64,000 bases of DNA from an uncultured Acidimicrobiia bacterium (GTDB taxonomy: Bacteria > Actinomycetota > Acidimicrobiia > Spongiisociales > UBA4744), in the NCBI GenBank assembly GCA_964594235.1, contig CAZQMF010000002.1:5697-69696 (forward strand). The letters run 5' to 3'. Both the position numbers and the translations under genes were made by a program. This document shows positions 18,517 to 27,116 of this stretch, piece after piece; positions within the stretch are counted from its first letter, which is position 1, and each line of letters begins with the position of its first letter. Below the pieces are notes generated by a model. That model had not been told where the DNA came from, did no database searches, and saw nothing but the letters and a program-made list of their open reading frames with translations.

Positions 18517-20064
18517 TTGTTCGAGCCGTACGTGAACGAACCGTACTCCGACTTCTCCGACCCGGTAAATGCCGACGCCTATCGCGCCGCACTGTCGACG
18601 GTCAGGGAGAGATTCACTCACCATCCTCTGGTCATCGGCGGCGAGGAGGTGACGACGAGCCGAGATCTCGAGAGCCTGAACCCTGCGAAACCCGCCGAGA
18701 TCGTCGGGACTGTCTCGCTGGCCGATCAGGACGCCGCCGGGCGAGCGCTGGACGCCGCGTGGGCCGCGTTCGCTTCGTGGTCGCGCCTGGACGGAGCGGC
18801 ACGGGCCAGACACCTCATCAAGCTCGCAGCGATCTTGCGGTCGCGCAAGTACGAACTGTCTGCCTGGGAGACACTCGAAGCGTCGAAGAACTGGCTCGAG
18901 GCCGAAGCCGACGTAGCCGAGGCGATCGACTTCTGCGAGTACTACGCGCGCCAGGCGGTCGAGATGTCGAAACCACTCCCCGTGTACTCGTACCCAGGGG
19001 AGGACAACGAGTCGCATCTCATCCCGATCGGCGCCGGCGTCGTGATCCCGCCGTGGAACTTCCCCCTCGCGATCCTTGCCGGAATGACGGCAGGCCCCGT
19101 CGCTGCAGGCAACACGGTGGTCGTGAAGCCTGCCTCGGCAACACCGGTGATCGCCGCCAAGTTCATGGAGGCCGTCGAGGAGGCGGGATTTCCACCGGGA
19201 GTCATCAACTACCTCCCGGGTGCGGGGTCTGAGATCGGTGACTTCCTCGTCGATCACCCGAGAACTCGGTTCGTGAACTTCACCGGATCGATGGAGGTGG
19301 GGCTTCGGATCGGTCAGCGAGCGGCTGTCGTGAGCGACGGTCAGCTGTGGTTGAAGCGGGCGTACATGGAGATGGGCGGCAAGGATGCGATGGTCGTGGA
19401 CGAGACCGCCGATGTGGACGCGGCTGCGGCCGCAGCGGTGGCGAGTGCCTACGGGTTTCAGGGACAGAAGTGCTCGGCGCTGTCGCGGTTGATCCTCGTC
19501 GATGACGTGTACGACGAGGTGCTGGAACGCGTCGTGGCGGGGACCGGTGCCCTGCAGGTCGGCCCTGCCGAGACCAATGCACGTGTCAACGCTGTGATCA
19601 GCGACTCACAGCAGACGACGATCATGGCAGACATCGAGCGCGGCAGAGGGGAGGCCAAGCTGCTCGTTGGGGGGGGTCGAATCGACATGGACGGCGGCTA
19701 CTACCTCGAGCCGACCGTGTTTGGCGACGTCGGACCGAGCGACTACATCGCCCAGCACGAGATCTTCGGCCCCGTTCTTTCGGTGCTGCGCGCCCGCGAC
19801 TTCGATCACGCAGTCGAGATCTTCAACGGCACCCTCTACGGACTGACCGGCGGCTTGTTCTCGGCGCGCCGGGATCGGATTGAACGAGCCAGGGTGGAGT
19901 TCCATGTCGGCAACCTCTACATCAACAGGAAGATCACCGGAGCGTTGGTCGGAGTCCAGCCTTTCGGTGGATTCAACATGTCAGGGTCGAACGCGAAAGC
20001 GGGGGGGCCCGACTATCTGCGCCTGTTCATGGAGATGAAGACCGTCGCCGAACGCTGGGTTTGA
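18517..20064 (+). CDS. pruA: L-glutamate gamma-semialdehyde (1-pyrroline-5-carboxylate) dehydrogenase, ALDH superfamily
   Basis: It has an N-terminus like RocA/PruA (FEPYVNEPYSDFSDP), NWLEAEADVAEAIDFCEYYARQ, FTGS..VG, EMGGKDAMVVDETADVD and a catalytic Cys region (GFQGQKCSALSRLIL). Confidence 0.8.
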   Translation: MFEPYVNEPYSDFSDPVNADAYRAALSTVRERFTHHPLVIGGEEVTTSRDLESLNPAKPAEIVGTVSLADQDAAGRALDAAWAAFASWSRLDGAARARHLIKLAAILRSRKYELSAWETLEASKNWLEAEADVAEAIDFCEYYARQAVEMSKPLPVYSYPGEDNESHLIPIGAGVVIPPWNFPLAILAGMTAGPVAAGNTVVVKPASATPVIAAKFMEAVEEAGFPPGVINYLPGAGSEIGDFLVDHPRTRFVNFTGSMEVGLRIGQRAAVVSDGQLWLKRAYMEMGGKDAMVVDETADVDAAAAAAVASAYGFQGQKCSALSRLILVDDVYDEVLERVVAGTGALQVGPAETNARVNAVISDSQQTTIMADIERGRGEAKLLVGGGRIDMDGGYYLEPTVFGDVGPSDYIAQHEIFGPVLSVLRARDFDHAVEIFNGTLYGLTGGLFSARRDRIERARVEFHVGNLYINRKITGALVGVQPFGGFNMSGSNAKAGGPDYLRLFMEMKTVAERWV

Positions 20065-20075
20065 CTATGGCTGTG

Positions 20076-20100
20076 GGCGCGTCACCGACGCGCCCACAAG
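20076..20100. terminator. Bidirectional hairpin between the convergent P5C dehydrogenase and small-repeat-protein genes
   Basis: gtgggcgcg-tcaccga-cgcgcccac, a 9-bp perfect stem. Confidence 0.45.
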
Positions 20101-20115
20101 ACTCTCGGGTCGGTT

Positions 20116-20436
20116 CTAGCCCTCGGTCGGCTCTTCGGTCACCTTCTCGACGGCCTCAGGCGCGTCTTCGGCTACGCCCCTGTTGCGGAAGTCCTCCGCG
20201 ACGTCCTTGGCCTTCTCGAACGCCTCTGAGGCTGCTTCCTTGGCCTTGCCCATCATCGGTGCGGCCTTCTCGCCGAGATCGCCTGCCATCTCCTTGGCCT
20301 TGCCCACCATCGGTGCGGCCTTCTCGCCGAGATCGTCGGCCATCTCCTTGGCCTTGCCCACCATCGGTGCGGCCTTCTCGCCGAGATCGTCGGCCATCTC
20401 CTTGGCCGAGCCGAATAACTTCTTGAGCGAATCCAT
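20116..20436 (-). CDS. Small hydrophilic protein with three tandem 18-aa repeats (AKEMADDLGEKAAPMVGK)
   Basis: The start MDSLKKLFG is preceded by AAGGAGAGG. The DNA has 3 x 54-bp near-identical tandem repeats (about 20247-20410). It has an acidic, lysine-rich, helical composition like LEA/CsbD/phasin-type stress proteins. Confidence 0.55.
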   Translation of the reverse strand: MDSLKKLFGSAKEMADDLGEKAAPMVGKAKEMADDLGEKAAPMVGKAKEMAGDLGEKAAPMMGKAKEAASEAFEKAKDVAEDFRNRGVAEDAPEAVEKVTEEPTEG

Positions 20437-20458
20437 GAATCCCACGGGTACCTCTCCT

Positions 20459-21244
20459 TTACTTACCCGGAGGATACGTGACGGTATCGACGAGTGCACC
20501 CGATTCATCGTAGATCAGAGCGGTATCCCCGTCGTTGTCCCAGATTGGGCCGTTCTCGCACCAGAAGAGGTCTGTCGACGTATCCGTTCCACACCCGGAG
20601 TGGATCGTCACCCGGCCATCGAGAACGAAGCCGCTAGGGAAGTGAAACCGGTGGCTGCTGGAACCGTCTCGGAGTACCCATCCGGTGAGATCTGTGCTGG
20701 TGGTTGCGACGATGGTGACCGTTTCTGCGTTGAGAACGTTCTCATCGGGGCCGGACGGGTTTGCGGTGATCGAACCGATGGACACATCGCCTGTCGCGCG
20801 ACCGCACGCATCCTCCGCCCACATACCGATCCGGTGGTCCTGCGCCGTGGTCATCGCCGCGTTCAGCTCATCTTGGTGACGGGTGTTCGGAGGGTATGCC
20901 TGAGCGAGGGCGAACCCGCCGGCGACGAGGTCCAGGTTCACGGAACGTCCGTCGAGATACACGTAGGCGAGAGTTCTGCCGTAGCCGTCAACGACCTGTG
21001 CGTCGGTTTCGAGCGACACGGTCACTCCCTGAATGAGGCGGGCGAGTTCGTTGGTTGCCTGGGCGCCGAAGCACTCGTCGTGTTCCGGAGCGTTCACACC
21101 GATCAGCCGGACGCGCGACCCTCCCGCGTCGAACGTGTCGCCGTCGATGACACGGGTGACTCTCGCTTCCGAGAGGGGCGCCATCGGGGTGGAGGTGCAG
21201 GCAGAGGATGTGACGACGAGTAGGAGCAGCGCGAGCAATCTCAT
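20459..21244 (-). CDS. Secreted thermonuclease (SNase-like) fused to a lamin-tail (LTD) domain; lipoprotein-type signal
   Basis: It has MRLLALLLLVVTSSAC then VIDGDTFD...RLIGVNAPE...GRTLAYVYL...NLDLVAGGFA (staphylococcal-nuclease fold motifs). The C-terminal LTD-like beta domain reads VTIVATTSTDLTGWVLRDGSSSHRFHFPSGFVLDG...IYDESGALVDTVTY. Confidence 0.75.
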   Translation of the reverse strand: MRLLALLLLVVTSSACTSTPMAPLSEARVTRVIDGDTFDAGGSRVRLIGVNAPEHDECFGAQATNELARLIQGVTVSLETDAQVVDGYGRTLAYVYLDGRSVNLDLVAGGFALAQAYPPNTRHQDELNAAMTTAQDHRIGMWAEDACGRATGDVSIGSITANPSGPDENVLNAETVTIVATTSTDLTGWVLRDGSSSHRFHFPSGFVLDGRVTIHSGCGTDTSTDLFWCENGPIWDNDGDTALIYDESGALVDTVTYPPGK

Positions 21245-21256
21245 GACTGGGACCAT

Positions 21257-22042
21257 ATGGTGTCGGAGGGACAGTATCGTGTAGTTATGCAGATTCGTGG
21301 ATCGATTTCCTTCGAGGAGTCCGGCTCCGGGCCACTCGCGGTGTTCGTCCACGGCTATCCCCTGGACCATCGGTTGTGGCTCGACCAGCTCGAGGCCCTC
21401 TCGGACATCCGGCACTGCGTCGCTCCGGACCTTCCAGGGTTCGGCTCGTCTCAACCTCTCGGAATGTTCACCATGGAGACCGTTGCAGACTCGATCGCGG
21501 CCTTCGTCGGCAACGAGCAGGCCGATGTCGTTGCACTCTCGATGGGCGGCTATGTCGCGCTGGCCCTCTGGGAACGGCACCCCGAGGTCGTTCGATCGCT
21601 CGCGTTGCTGGACACGAAGGCGGGTGCGGACACGCCGGAGGCTCGAGAGGGCAGGAGCGCCCAGGCAGCGCAAGTCGCAGAGCAAGGCACCGGCTCGCTC
21701 GTCGAGGGGATGACACGTGCGCTTCTCGCACCACAGGCCGGCGGGGATGCGAAGAGGCGCTTGGCCGAGATGATCGAGGCAACGACGCCGCAAGCCGTCA
21801 TCGCCGCGCTCCAAGCGATGGCGGGCCGTCGCGACCGTACCGAAGTCCTGTCGACGATCGACGTGCCGGCCGCGGTGCTCGTCGGGGCACTCGATACGCT
21901 CACCCCGCCGACCGTTGCCGTCGAAATGGCCACGCGCATTCCCAACGCGACGGTCAGCGTCATACCAGGGGCGGGTCATCTCACGCCGATCGAGGCACCC
22001 GATGACGTGAGTGCTCTCCTTCGGCACTTTTTCGCTCGCTGA
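21257..22042 (+). CDS. Alpha/beta-fold hydrolase
   Basis: It has HGYPLDHRLW...PDLPGFGSS...the nucleophile elbow ALSMGGYVA...VIPGAGHL. The start is uncertain (21257 or 21287). Confidence 0.7.
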   Translation: MVSEGQYRVVMQIRGSISFEESGSGPLAVFVHGYPLDHRLWLDQLEALSDIRHCVAPDLPGFGSSQPLGMFTMETVADSIAAFVGNEQADVVALSMGGYVALALWERHPEVVRSLALLDTKAGADTPEAREGRSAQAAQVAEQGTGSLVEGMTRALLAPQAGGDAKRRLAEMIEATTPQAVIAALQAMAGRRDRTEVLSTIDVPAAVLVGALDTLTPPTVAVEMATRIPNATVSVIPGAGHLTPIEAPDDVSALLRHFFAR

Positions 22043-22941
22043 TGTCACCACTGGACGGGAGTGCGCCGTCCTGGTCGGTGGTGTGGACCCGGGGTGAAGG
22101 CTGCGAAGCTCTCGCACGCATGCTCTCGGATGGCGAGGCCACGTTCGCCGAGGGTGATCCTCGAGGGGCGTGTATCGCTGCTCGTGCCGACGTGATCGTC
22201 CAGCGGAAGCTCACATCCTTCGATCTCGTGAACGTCGTCGCGTCGAACCGGTTTGATCCCGACGGGGTGTCCTCGGTGGTCGCCGCCATCGGAGGGGGCC
22301 CACACTCGCTGTTCGCCGGGCAGGTCGCTCAGCGCATCGCGATCGCTGCGGGTATTCCGGGCACGATCGTATCGGCATCGAGGAGTTCCGCCGAGGATGA
22401 GGCGGGTCGCAGACATCTCTATGACGTGGGGGCGCATGTTGAGAAGATGGATCGTCGCCTGGAGCGCGTGTCGAGCGCCGGCGAACTCGTCTCGAAGCTC
22501 CCTGACGCGACGCTGCTCGTTCTCGGTGCACCCGGTGGTTCATGGTTCCAGCGGCAGTTCTTCGGGCCAGGACGGCGTCTCATCCAGGCCGCGCCGGGCG
22601 GGATCGTCGTCGTTCGCAGCTCACCGAGACGGTGTTTTCAGGTGGCTGAAGATGCAACCGTGATCGGACCGCTCCTTTCGGTTGCCGAGGTGGCGTCGCT
22701 GAGCGGTGCTCCGGTCATACCTGTTGCCGCGGATGGGAAGCTCGTCGGGCTGTTTCGAAGCGGTGTGGAAGCGTCGGCCGGCATGACCGTACAGGACGTC
22801 ATGGAAGATCCGCTATTCCTCGAGGCGGATGACCCGATTGAGGCTTCGGCCGACCTCCAGACGTTCTTCGACGGGGCGCCGATTCCGGTCGTCGACCGTG
22901 ACGGACGACTCGTCGGTGTCCTGTCCAGCGGCGGGACCTAA
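22042..22941 (+). CDS. Universal stress protein (UspA) domain fused to tandem CBS domains
   Basis: The ATG overlaps the upstream stop (TGATG). The N-terminal half has a USP-like Rossmann region (VVAAIGGGPHS...LLVLGAPGG) and the C-terminal half has CBS-like repeats (VIPVAADGKLVGLF...PIPVVDRDGRLVGVLS). Confidence 0.6.
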   Translation: MSPLDGSAPSWSVVWTRGEGCEALARMLSDGEATFAEGDPRGACIAARADVIVQRKLTSFDLVNVVASNRFDPDGVSSVVAAIGGGPHSLFAGQVAQRIAIAAGIPGTIVSASRSSAEDEAGRRHLYDVGAHVEKMDRRLERVSSAGELVSKLPDATLLVLGAPGGSWFQRQFFGPGRRLIQAAPGGIVVVRSSPRRCFQVAEDATVIGPLLSVAEVASLSGAPVIPVAADGKLVGLFRSGVEASAGMTVQDVMEDPLFLEADDPIEASADLQTFFDGAPIPVVDRDGRLVGVLSSGGT

Positions 22942-24287
22942 CGGAGGGCTGAGGCCGCCTTGCGTCCAGCGATGTTCACCGGTTCCCAAACGCCCGAGAA
23001 CGGCGGCGCGTAGGACAGGTCGACGTATTCCAGGTCTGCGCCCGTCATACCCGACCACAAGGCCATGGCGAAGGTGTCGATGCGCTTCCCCGATCCGGGA
23101 CCACCGACGATTTGGGCGCCGAGCAGCTTGCCGGTTGCTCGGTCGACGATCGTGCGGATTCGCATCTGGGTCGATTTCGGCCAGTAGTGCGAACCAGTCG
23201 AGCTGCGCAAACTCGTGGCCACGGCGTCGAACCCGGCCGCCGTCGCCTCAGCAAGGCTCAGGCCGGTGCGGGAGATCTCGATGTCGTCGACCTTGGTGAT
23301 CGCAGTGCCGAGCACCCCGGGAAACGATGCATCACCACCGCCCAGGTTGGTGCCGGCAACCCGCCCCTGTTTGTTGGCAACGGTGCCGAGGTGGAAGTTG
23401 ACCGCGGTTCCGCTGATGCGATGGAGTGCCTCCGCGCAATCACCTGCTGCATACACACCGTCGGCGCTCGTCCGTTGATGATCGTCGACGGCGACCGCCC
23501 CGGTGGGGCCGAGGGCGAGCCCCGCGGCGTCCGCCAGGGCTGCGTTCGGGGCCGACCCGAGCCCCAACACGACGATGTCCGCCGGGTAGGTTTGTCCGGC
23601 CGCTTCCACGCCGACGACATGACCATCCTCACCGAGGATCCGGTCGACATGTATGCCCGTTCGAACATCGATACCGAGTTCGCGGACCTGAGACGCAACG
23701 AGTTCGCCCATCTCCGGGTCCATCGTTCGGCACAGGACCGTGTCGGTCATCTCGAGCACCGTCACCGGGATGTCGAGGTTGTGGAACGCCTCGGCAGCTT
23801 CGAGTCCGATGTACCCACCTCCTACGACGACGGCATGCTGTGGCTTCTCGGCGATCGCCGATCGCACCGCGACCGCATCGTCGAGCGTTCGCACCTGGAA
23901 CACACCATTGAGGTCGAGACCCTCGATCGCCGGGAGCAAAGGATGAGCTCCCGTGGCGTACAGCAGCAGGTCGTACCGTTCTTGTGAGCTGGTGCCCGCG
24001 TCGAGGTTGTGGACCGTCACCCTCTTCGCCGAGGTGTCGATCGCGGCAACTTCATGACGGAGGCGAACGTCAATGTCCATTCGAGCGAACTGTTCGGGTG
24101 TTCTCGCCTGGAGCTGACGCAGTTCCTTGACGTCTTCACCCACGTAGTAGGGAACCCCGCACGCCGCGTAGCTGACCCAGTTGGTGCGCTCGTAGACGAC
24201 GATGTCGAGGTCGGAGTCGAGACGACGTGCCTGACTCGCTCCGGACATGCCGGCGGCATCGCCACCGACGACGATGAGGTGGCTCAT
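22938..24287 (-). CDS. FAD-dependent pyridine nucleotide-disulfide oxidoreductase (NADH oxidase / CoA-disulfide reductase family)
   Basis: It has HLIVVGGDAAGMSGASQ...SYAACGVPYYV (redox-active Cys near the N-terminus), a second GxGxxG (VVVGGGYIGLE) and a dimerisation C-terminal region. Confidence 0.8.
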   Translation of the reverse strand: MSHLIVVGGDAAGMSGASQARRLDSDLDIVVYERTNWVSYAACGVPYYVGEDVKELRQLQARTPEQFARMDIDVRLRHEVAAIDTSAKRVTVHNLDAGTSSQERYDLLLYATGAHPLLPAIEGLDLNGVFQVRTLDDAVAVRSAIAEKPQHAVVVGGGYIGLEAAEAFHNLDIPVTVLEMTDTVLCRTMDPEMGELVASQVRELGIDVRTGIHVDRILGEDGHVVGVEAAGQTYPADIVVLGLGSAPNAALADAAGLALGPTGAVAVDDHQRTSADGVYAAGDCAEALHRISGTAVNFHLGTVANKQGRVAGTNLGGGDASFPGVLGTAITKVDDIEISRTGLSLAEATAAGFDAVATSLRSSTGSHYWPKSTQMRIRTIVDRATGKLLGAQIVGGPGSGKRIDTFAMALWSGMTGADLEYVDLSYAPPFSGVWEPVNIAGRKAASALR

Positions 24288-24622
24288 TCGGCGTTCTTCT
24301 TCAACCGAGCGAGTTGTTGCTTCTCGTGCAGTCGACGTCTGCGACTCCTACGCACGGCGAGGCCGACCAGCTCGTCGACGATGACGGCCAAAGCTGCGAC
24401 CACGAGGATGATCGAGATGAGGGGCGCCTGAACTGTCTCGAACACGAGATCGACGGATACCGAAGCGGTGTTGACGGCCGCGAGGACAGCGACGATCACG
24501 ACGACGACGAGGACGATGATCAGTGTCCACGAGACGCCCGTACCCTTGTACGGGTGTTCGCCATGGGTGTCGGTCGGCTGTGAAGGCTCGCCGGCAGGGA
24601 TCGGGTCGGACTCCGTATTCAT
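24284..24622 (-). CDS. LapA-domain (DUF1049) small membrane protein
   Basis: It has two TM segments followed by a basic tail (RRSRRRRLHEKQQLARLKKNAE). The internal start MNTESDPIP was chosen. It overlaps the downstream oxidoreductase start by 4 nt. Confidence 0.45.
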   Translation of the reverse strand: MNTESDPIPAGEPSQPTDTHGEHPYKGTGVSWTLIIVLVVVVIVAVLAAVNTASVSVDLVFETVQAPLISIILVVAALAVIVDELVGLAVRRSRRRRLHEKQQLARLKKNAE

Positions 24623-24665
24623 ACTGCTCCTTTCGACCCCAAGCCTAGGTCTCTTCGTGTAGCGC

Positions 24666-26846
24666 TCATCCTCCGCGCTGTATTCCGGCGTCGGCTTCCA
24701 CAGCGACACGTCGGCCCTCATCGACATCAACTGTCCCGAGGATCACGATGCCGACGATGAAGAACAGCACCAGGCTGAGGACGGCAGGCCGGCTACTGCC
24801 GGTGATGGCGACTGCGGCGGCGAACAACACAGGACCGATGATCGACGAGAACTTCGACATAACCGAGAAAAACCCGAAGAACTCGCCACTCTCGTAGGCA
24901 GGGGACATCCATGCGTAAAGGCTGCGGCTCAACGCCTGGCTTCCTCCCTGCACCACGGCCACCATCCAGGCGAGGAACCAGAACTCGAAGACGGCGTCGA
25001 GGAAGAACCCCCAGACGGCGATGATGGCGTATGCAGCTATCGCGAGGATGATCGTTCGCTTGGTCGTCATCTTGTCGGCTATCCGGGAAAACAGCGTCCT
25101 CCCGAACAGGGCGGAGAGCGCGAGTCCGACGACCTCGATGATGAGGATCAGTCCAAGGATGACCCCGAGGTTGCTGGTTCGTTCGGGCGGCAGAACCTTG
25201 AACCGACCAACGGCGAGCGAACCGTTCGGTGTTGATGGATCGACCGACAAGGTCAGCTCGTGTGGTCCGGGAGTTCCCGCGTCGATCGTCACCGGTGCGC
25301 CGTACCGGACGCGGGACGTGGTGGCATCGATCGTGAACGGCTCATCGTCGACCACGAGTGGTGATCCGTCGATCGCGACATCCCAGACTCCTCGGTCAGG
25401 GCCCGTCGAGTAGTCGAGATCGACCTTCTGTCCGTTGAACGCGAACGTCGCCGTTGCGTCCGAACCGGACGCGCTCGCGTACGGAATGGGATCGGATGCG
25501 GTGAGCACGAGCAGTTCGGCAAGCGCGGCGATGAGCAGGGCGGTGATCCCTGTGAGGAGTGGTGTGAGGACCGTCCACAGAGAGGAGTTCGGGTTTCGTC
25601 GGCGTCTCATGCCGAGTGCCCACACGAGAACGAAGGCGACGAGCGCCACGATCAGAGTAATAGGAGCTGCACCGTGCGCCAGCCTGGTCAGACCGCCGGT
25701 TGCCTCGCCAACGGTGTCCGTTGAGATGTCCGTCCAGTCGCCCACCAGGTTGATGACGTCGATGCCGTAGGTTCCCTCACCGACATTCGAACCGATCGTC
25801 TCGTAGGGGGCTTGAGCTGCGCCCGTGGTCGACGCCGGGAGGGTACGAGCGCCGATGATCCCGACAAGCGGAAGGGCGATGATGTTGAACACGATGAACG
25901 CGAGGTAGACCGCCCGGTTTGCGTCCTTGCGGCCGGGGATTCGGCCGAACGCGAGACTGAACGGGATGCCGACGAACTGGACGAGCAGGATCGCAAGGAT
26001 GAGCTGGGTGGTCTCGAAGCCCAGTTCGGTGCCGTAGATGACGGCGACGCTGATGATCGTGCCGATTCCGTCGTTGTAGATGAGGAATCCGATCAGGAAG
26101 CGGAAGAGCTGGCGATACCTGCGGAGATGCCGGAACGTGGTGCCCAGCCGTTCGAGGCTGGCGGTGAAGGTGCCCCGCGTGCGCTCGGCGAGCGATGACG
26201 CCGATGGGGGTTCGGGCACCCTGCGAAACAGCGGGATCGAGAACGCCGCCCACCAGATCGCCACTGACAGGAACGACAGGCGAGCACCTATCTCGGAGCC
26301 GATGAATAGGATCATCGCGACGTTGATCGCCAGCAAGAGCCCGCCACCCAGGTAGCCGATGGCGTACCCACGTGTGGAGACGACGTCCTGGTCTTCCGGG
26401 CGGGCAACGTGGGGGAGGAGGGCGTCGTAGAAGACGTTGGCGCCGGCGAACCCGACTCGCCCGACGATGAAGAACACCGACGCGAGGATCCAGTCGCCCG
26501 TGCTGATGAGGACGAGCAGTCCGGTGCCAAACACCCCCATGCCGACGAAGATCGAAAGGAACTTCTTCTTCCCACGCATGATGTCGGCGATCGTGCCGAG
26601 CACGGGGGAGAGAAACGCGACGATGATCAGCGAGATGCTCAGCGTCGTCGTCCAGTAGGCGGTGGCGACCGCCGCACTCGGGAGGGTCGCTCCGGCCACC
26701 GAGCTGTAGTAGGCCGGTAGAACGGCAGAGAGGATCGTGGTCGCGAACGCCGAGTTCGCCCAGTCGTAGAGCGTCCAGGCGGAGATGCGGCGCTTGTACT
26801 CCTTCTCCGAGATGCCTTCGTACGCAGGAGTCAACGCAGCCATCAC
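24666..26846 (-). CDS. MFS transporter, UMF1/Atg22-like, with a large (about 230-aa) extracytoplasmic beta-rich insertion
   Basis: 726 aa. The N- and C-terminal halves have multiple TM helices typical of the UMF1 family (WTLYDWANSAF...). A central soluble segment (TIGSNVGEGTYGIDV...GPHELTLSVDPSTPNGSLAVGRFKV) is flanked by TM helices. The RBS GAGGGAAGG precedes ATGATG. Confidence 0.7.
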   Translation of the reverse strand: MMAALTPAYEGISEKEYKRRISAWTLYDWANSAFATTILSAVLPAYYSSVAGATLPSAAVATAYWTTTLSISLIIVAFLSPVLGTIADIMRGKKKFLSIFVGMGVFGTGLLVLISTGDWILASVFFIVGRVGFAGANVFYDALLPHVARPEDQDVVSTRGYAIGYLGGGLLLAINVAMILFIGSEIGARLSFLSVAIWWAAFSIPLFRRVPEPPSASSLAERTRGTFTASLERLGTTFRHLRRYRQLFRFLIGFLIYNDGIGTIISVAVIYGTELGFETTQLILAILLVQFVGIPFSLAFGRIPGRKDANRAVYLAFIVFNIIALPLVGIIGARTLPASTTGAAQAPYETIGSNVGEGTYGIDVINLVGDWTDISTDTVGEATGGLTRLAHGAAPITLIVALVAFVLVWALGMRRRRNPNSSLWTVLTPLLTGITALLIAALAELLVLTASDPIPYASASGSDATATFAFNGQKVDLDYSTGPDRGVWDVAIDGSPLVVDDEPFTIDATTSRVRYGAPVTIDAGTPGPHELTLSVDPSTPNGSLAVGRFKVLPPERTSNLGVILGLILIIEVVGLALSALFGRTLFSRIADKMTTKRTIILAIAAYAIIAVWGFFLDAVFEFWFLAWMVAVVQGGSQALSRSLYAWMSPAYESGEFFGFFSVMSKFSSIIGPVLFAAAVAITGSSRPAVLSLVLFFIVGIVILGTVDVDEGRRVAVEADAGIQRGG

Positions 26847-26906
26847 CCTTCCCTCGTCGGCTGTGGGCAGGCTACTTGGCAGCGAGGGTCGGTGTCGGGA
26901 GGATCG

Positions 26907-26936
26907 ATCCGAGGATCGATCCTCCCGGTACCGGGT
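26907..26936. promoter_or_regulatory. Perfect 14-bp-arm palindrome GGGAGGATCGATCC-GA-GGATCGATCCTCCC in the 270-bp leader region of the MFS gene
   Basis: The arms are exact reverse complements. It lies about 60-90 nt upstream of the MFS start (minus strand). Confidence 0.4.
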
Positions 26937-27016
26937 ACTTCGTACGCGGTCAGCAGCGTTCTCAAGCCGGGGGCGCTCCGTACGGGATACGACGTTGGTG
27001 AGAACGACCCTCTCCG

Positions 27017-27040
27017 GCGTCGAGCGTCAGCTCGACGCCA
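27017..27040. promoter_or_regulatory. Perfect 10-bp-arm palindrome GGCGTCGAGC-GTCA-GCTCGACGCC
   Basis: Exact inverted repeat in the same spacer. Confidence 0.35.
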
Positions 27041-27087
27041 CCTCCCCCAACACTCGGCCTGCGGCCTCGCGAGGGGAGGAAACGACG

Positions 27088-27116
27088 AGGTTTCGGGTAC
27101 TAGGCACCCGAAACCT
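27088..27116 (-). terminator. Rho-independent-type terminator after the cystathionine gamma-synthase-family gene
   Basis: The minus strand reads GGTTTCGGG-TGCCTAGTA-CCCGAAACC followed by TCGTCGTTTCC. Confidence 0.5.

Noticed and set aside
20061-20426. 121-aa Pro/Arg/Ser-rich plus-strand ORF with its own tandem repeats
   Set aside because: It is the mirror-strand reading of the 3 x 54-bp repeats of the small repeat-protein gene. That gene has a strong RBS on the minus strand.
20459-22117. Full 552-aa minus-strand ORF
   Set aside because: Only the 3' 262 codons (from MRLLALLLL, 21244) form the thermonuclease. The upstream part is antisense to the alpha/beta hydrolase gene.
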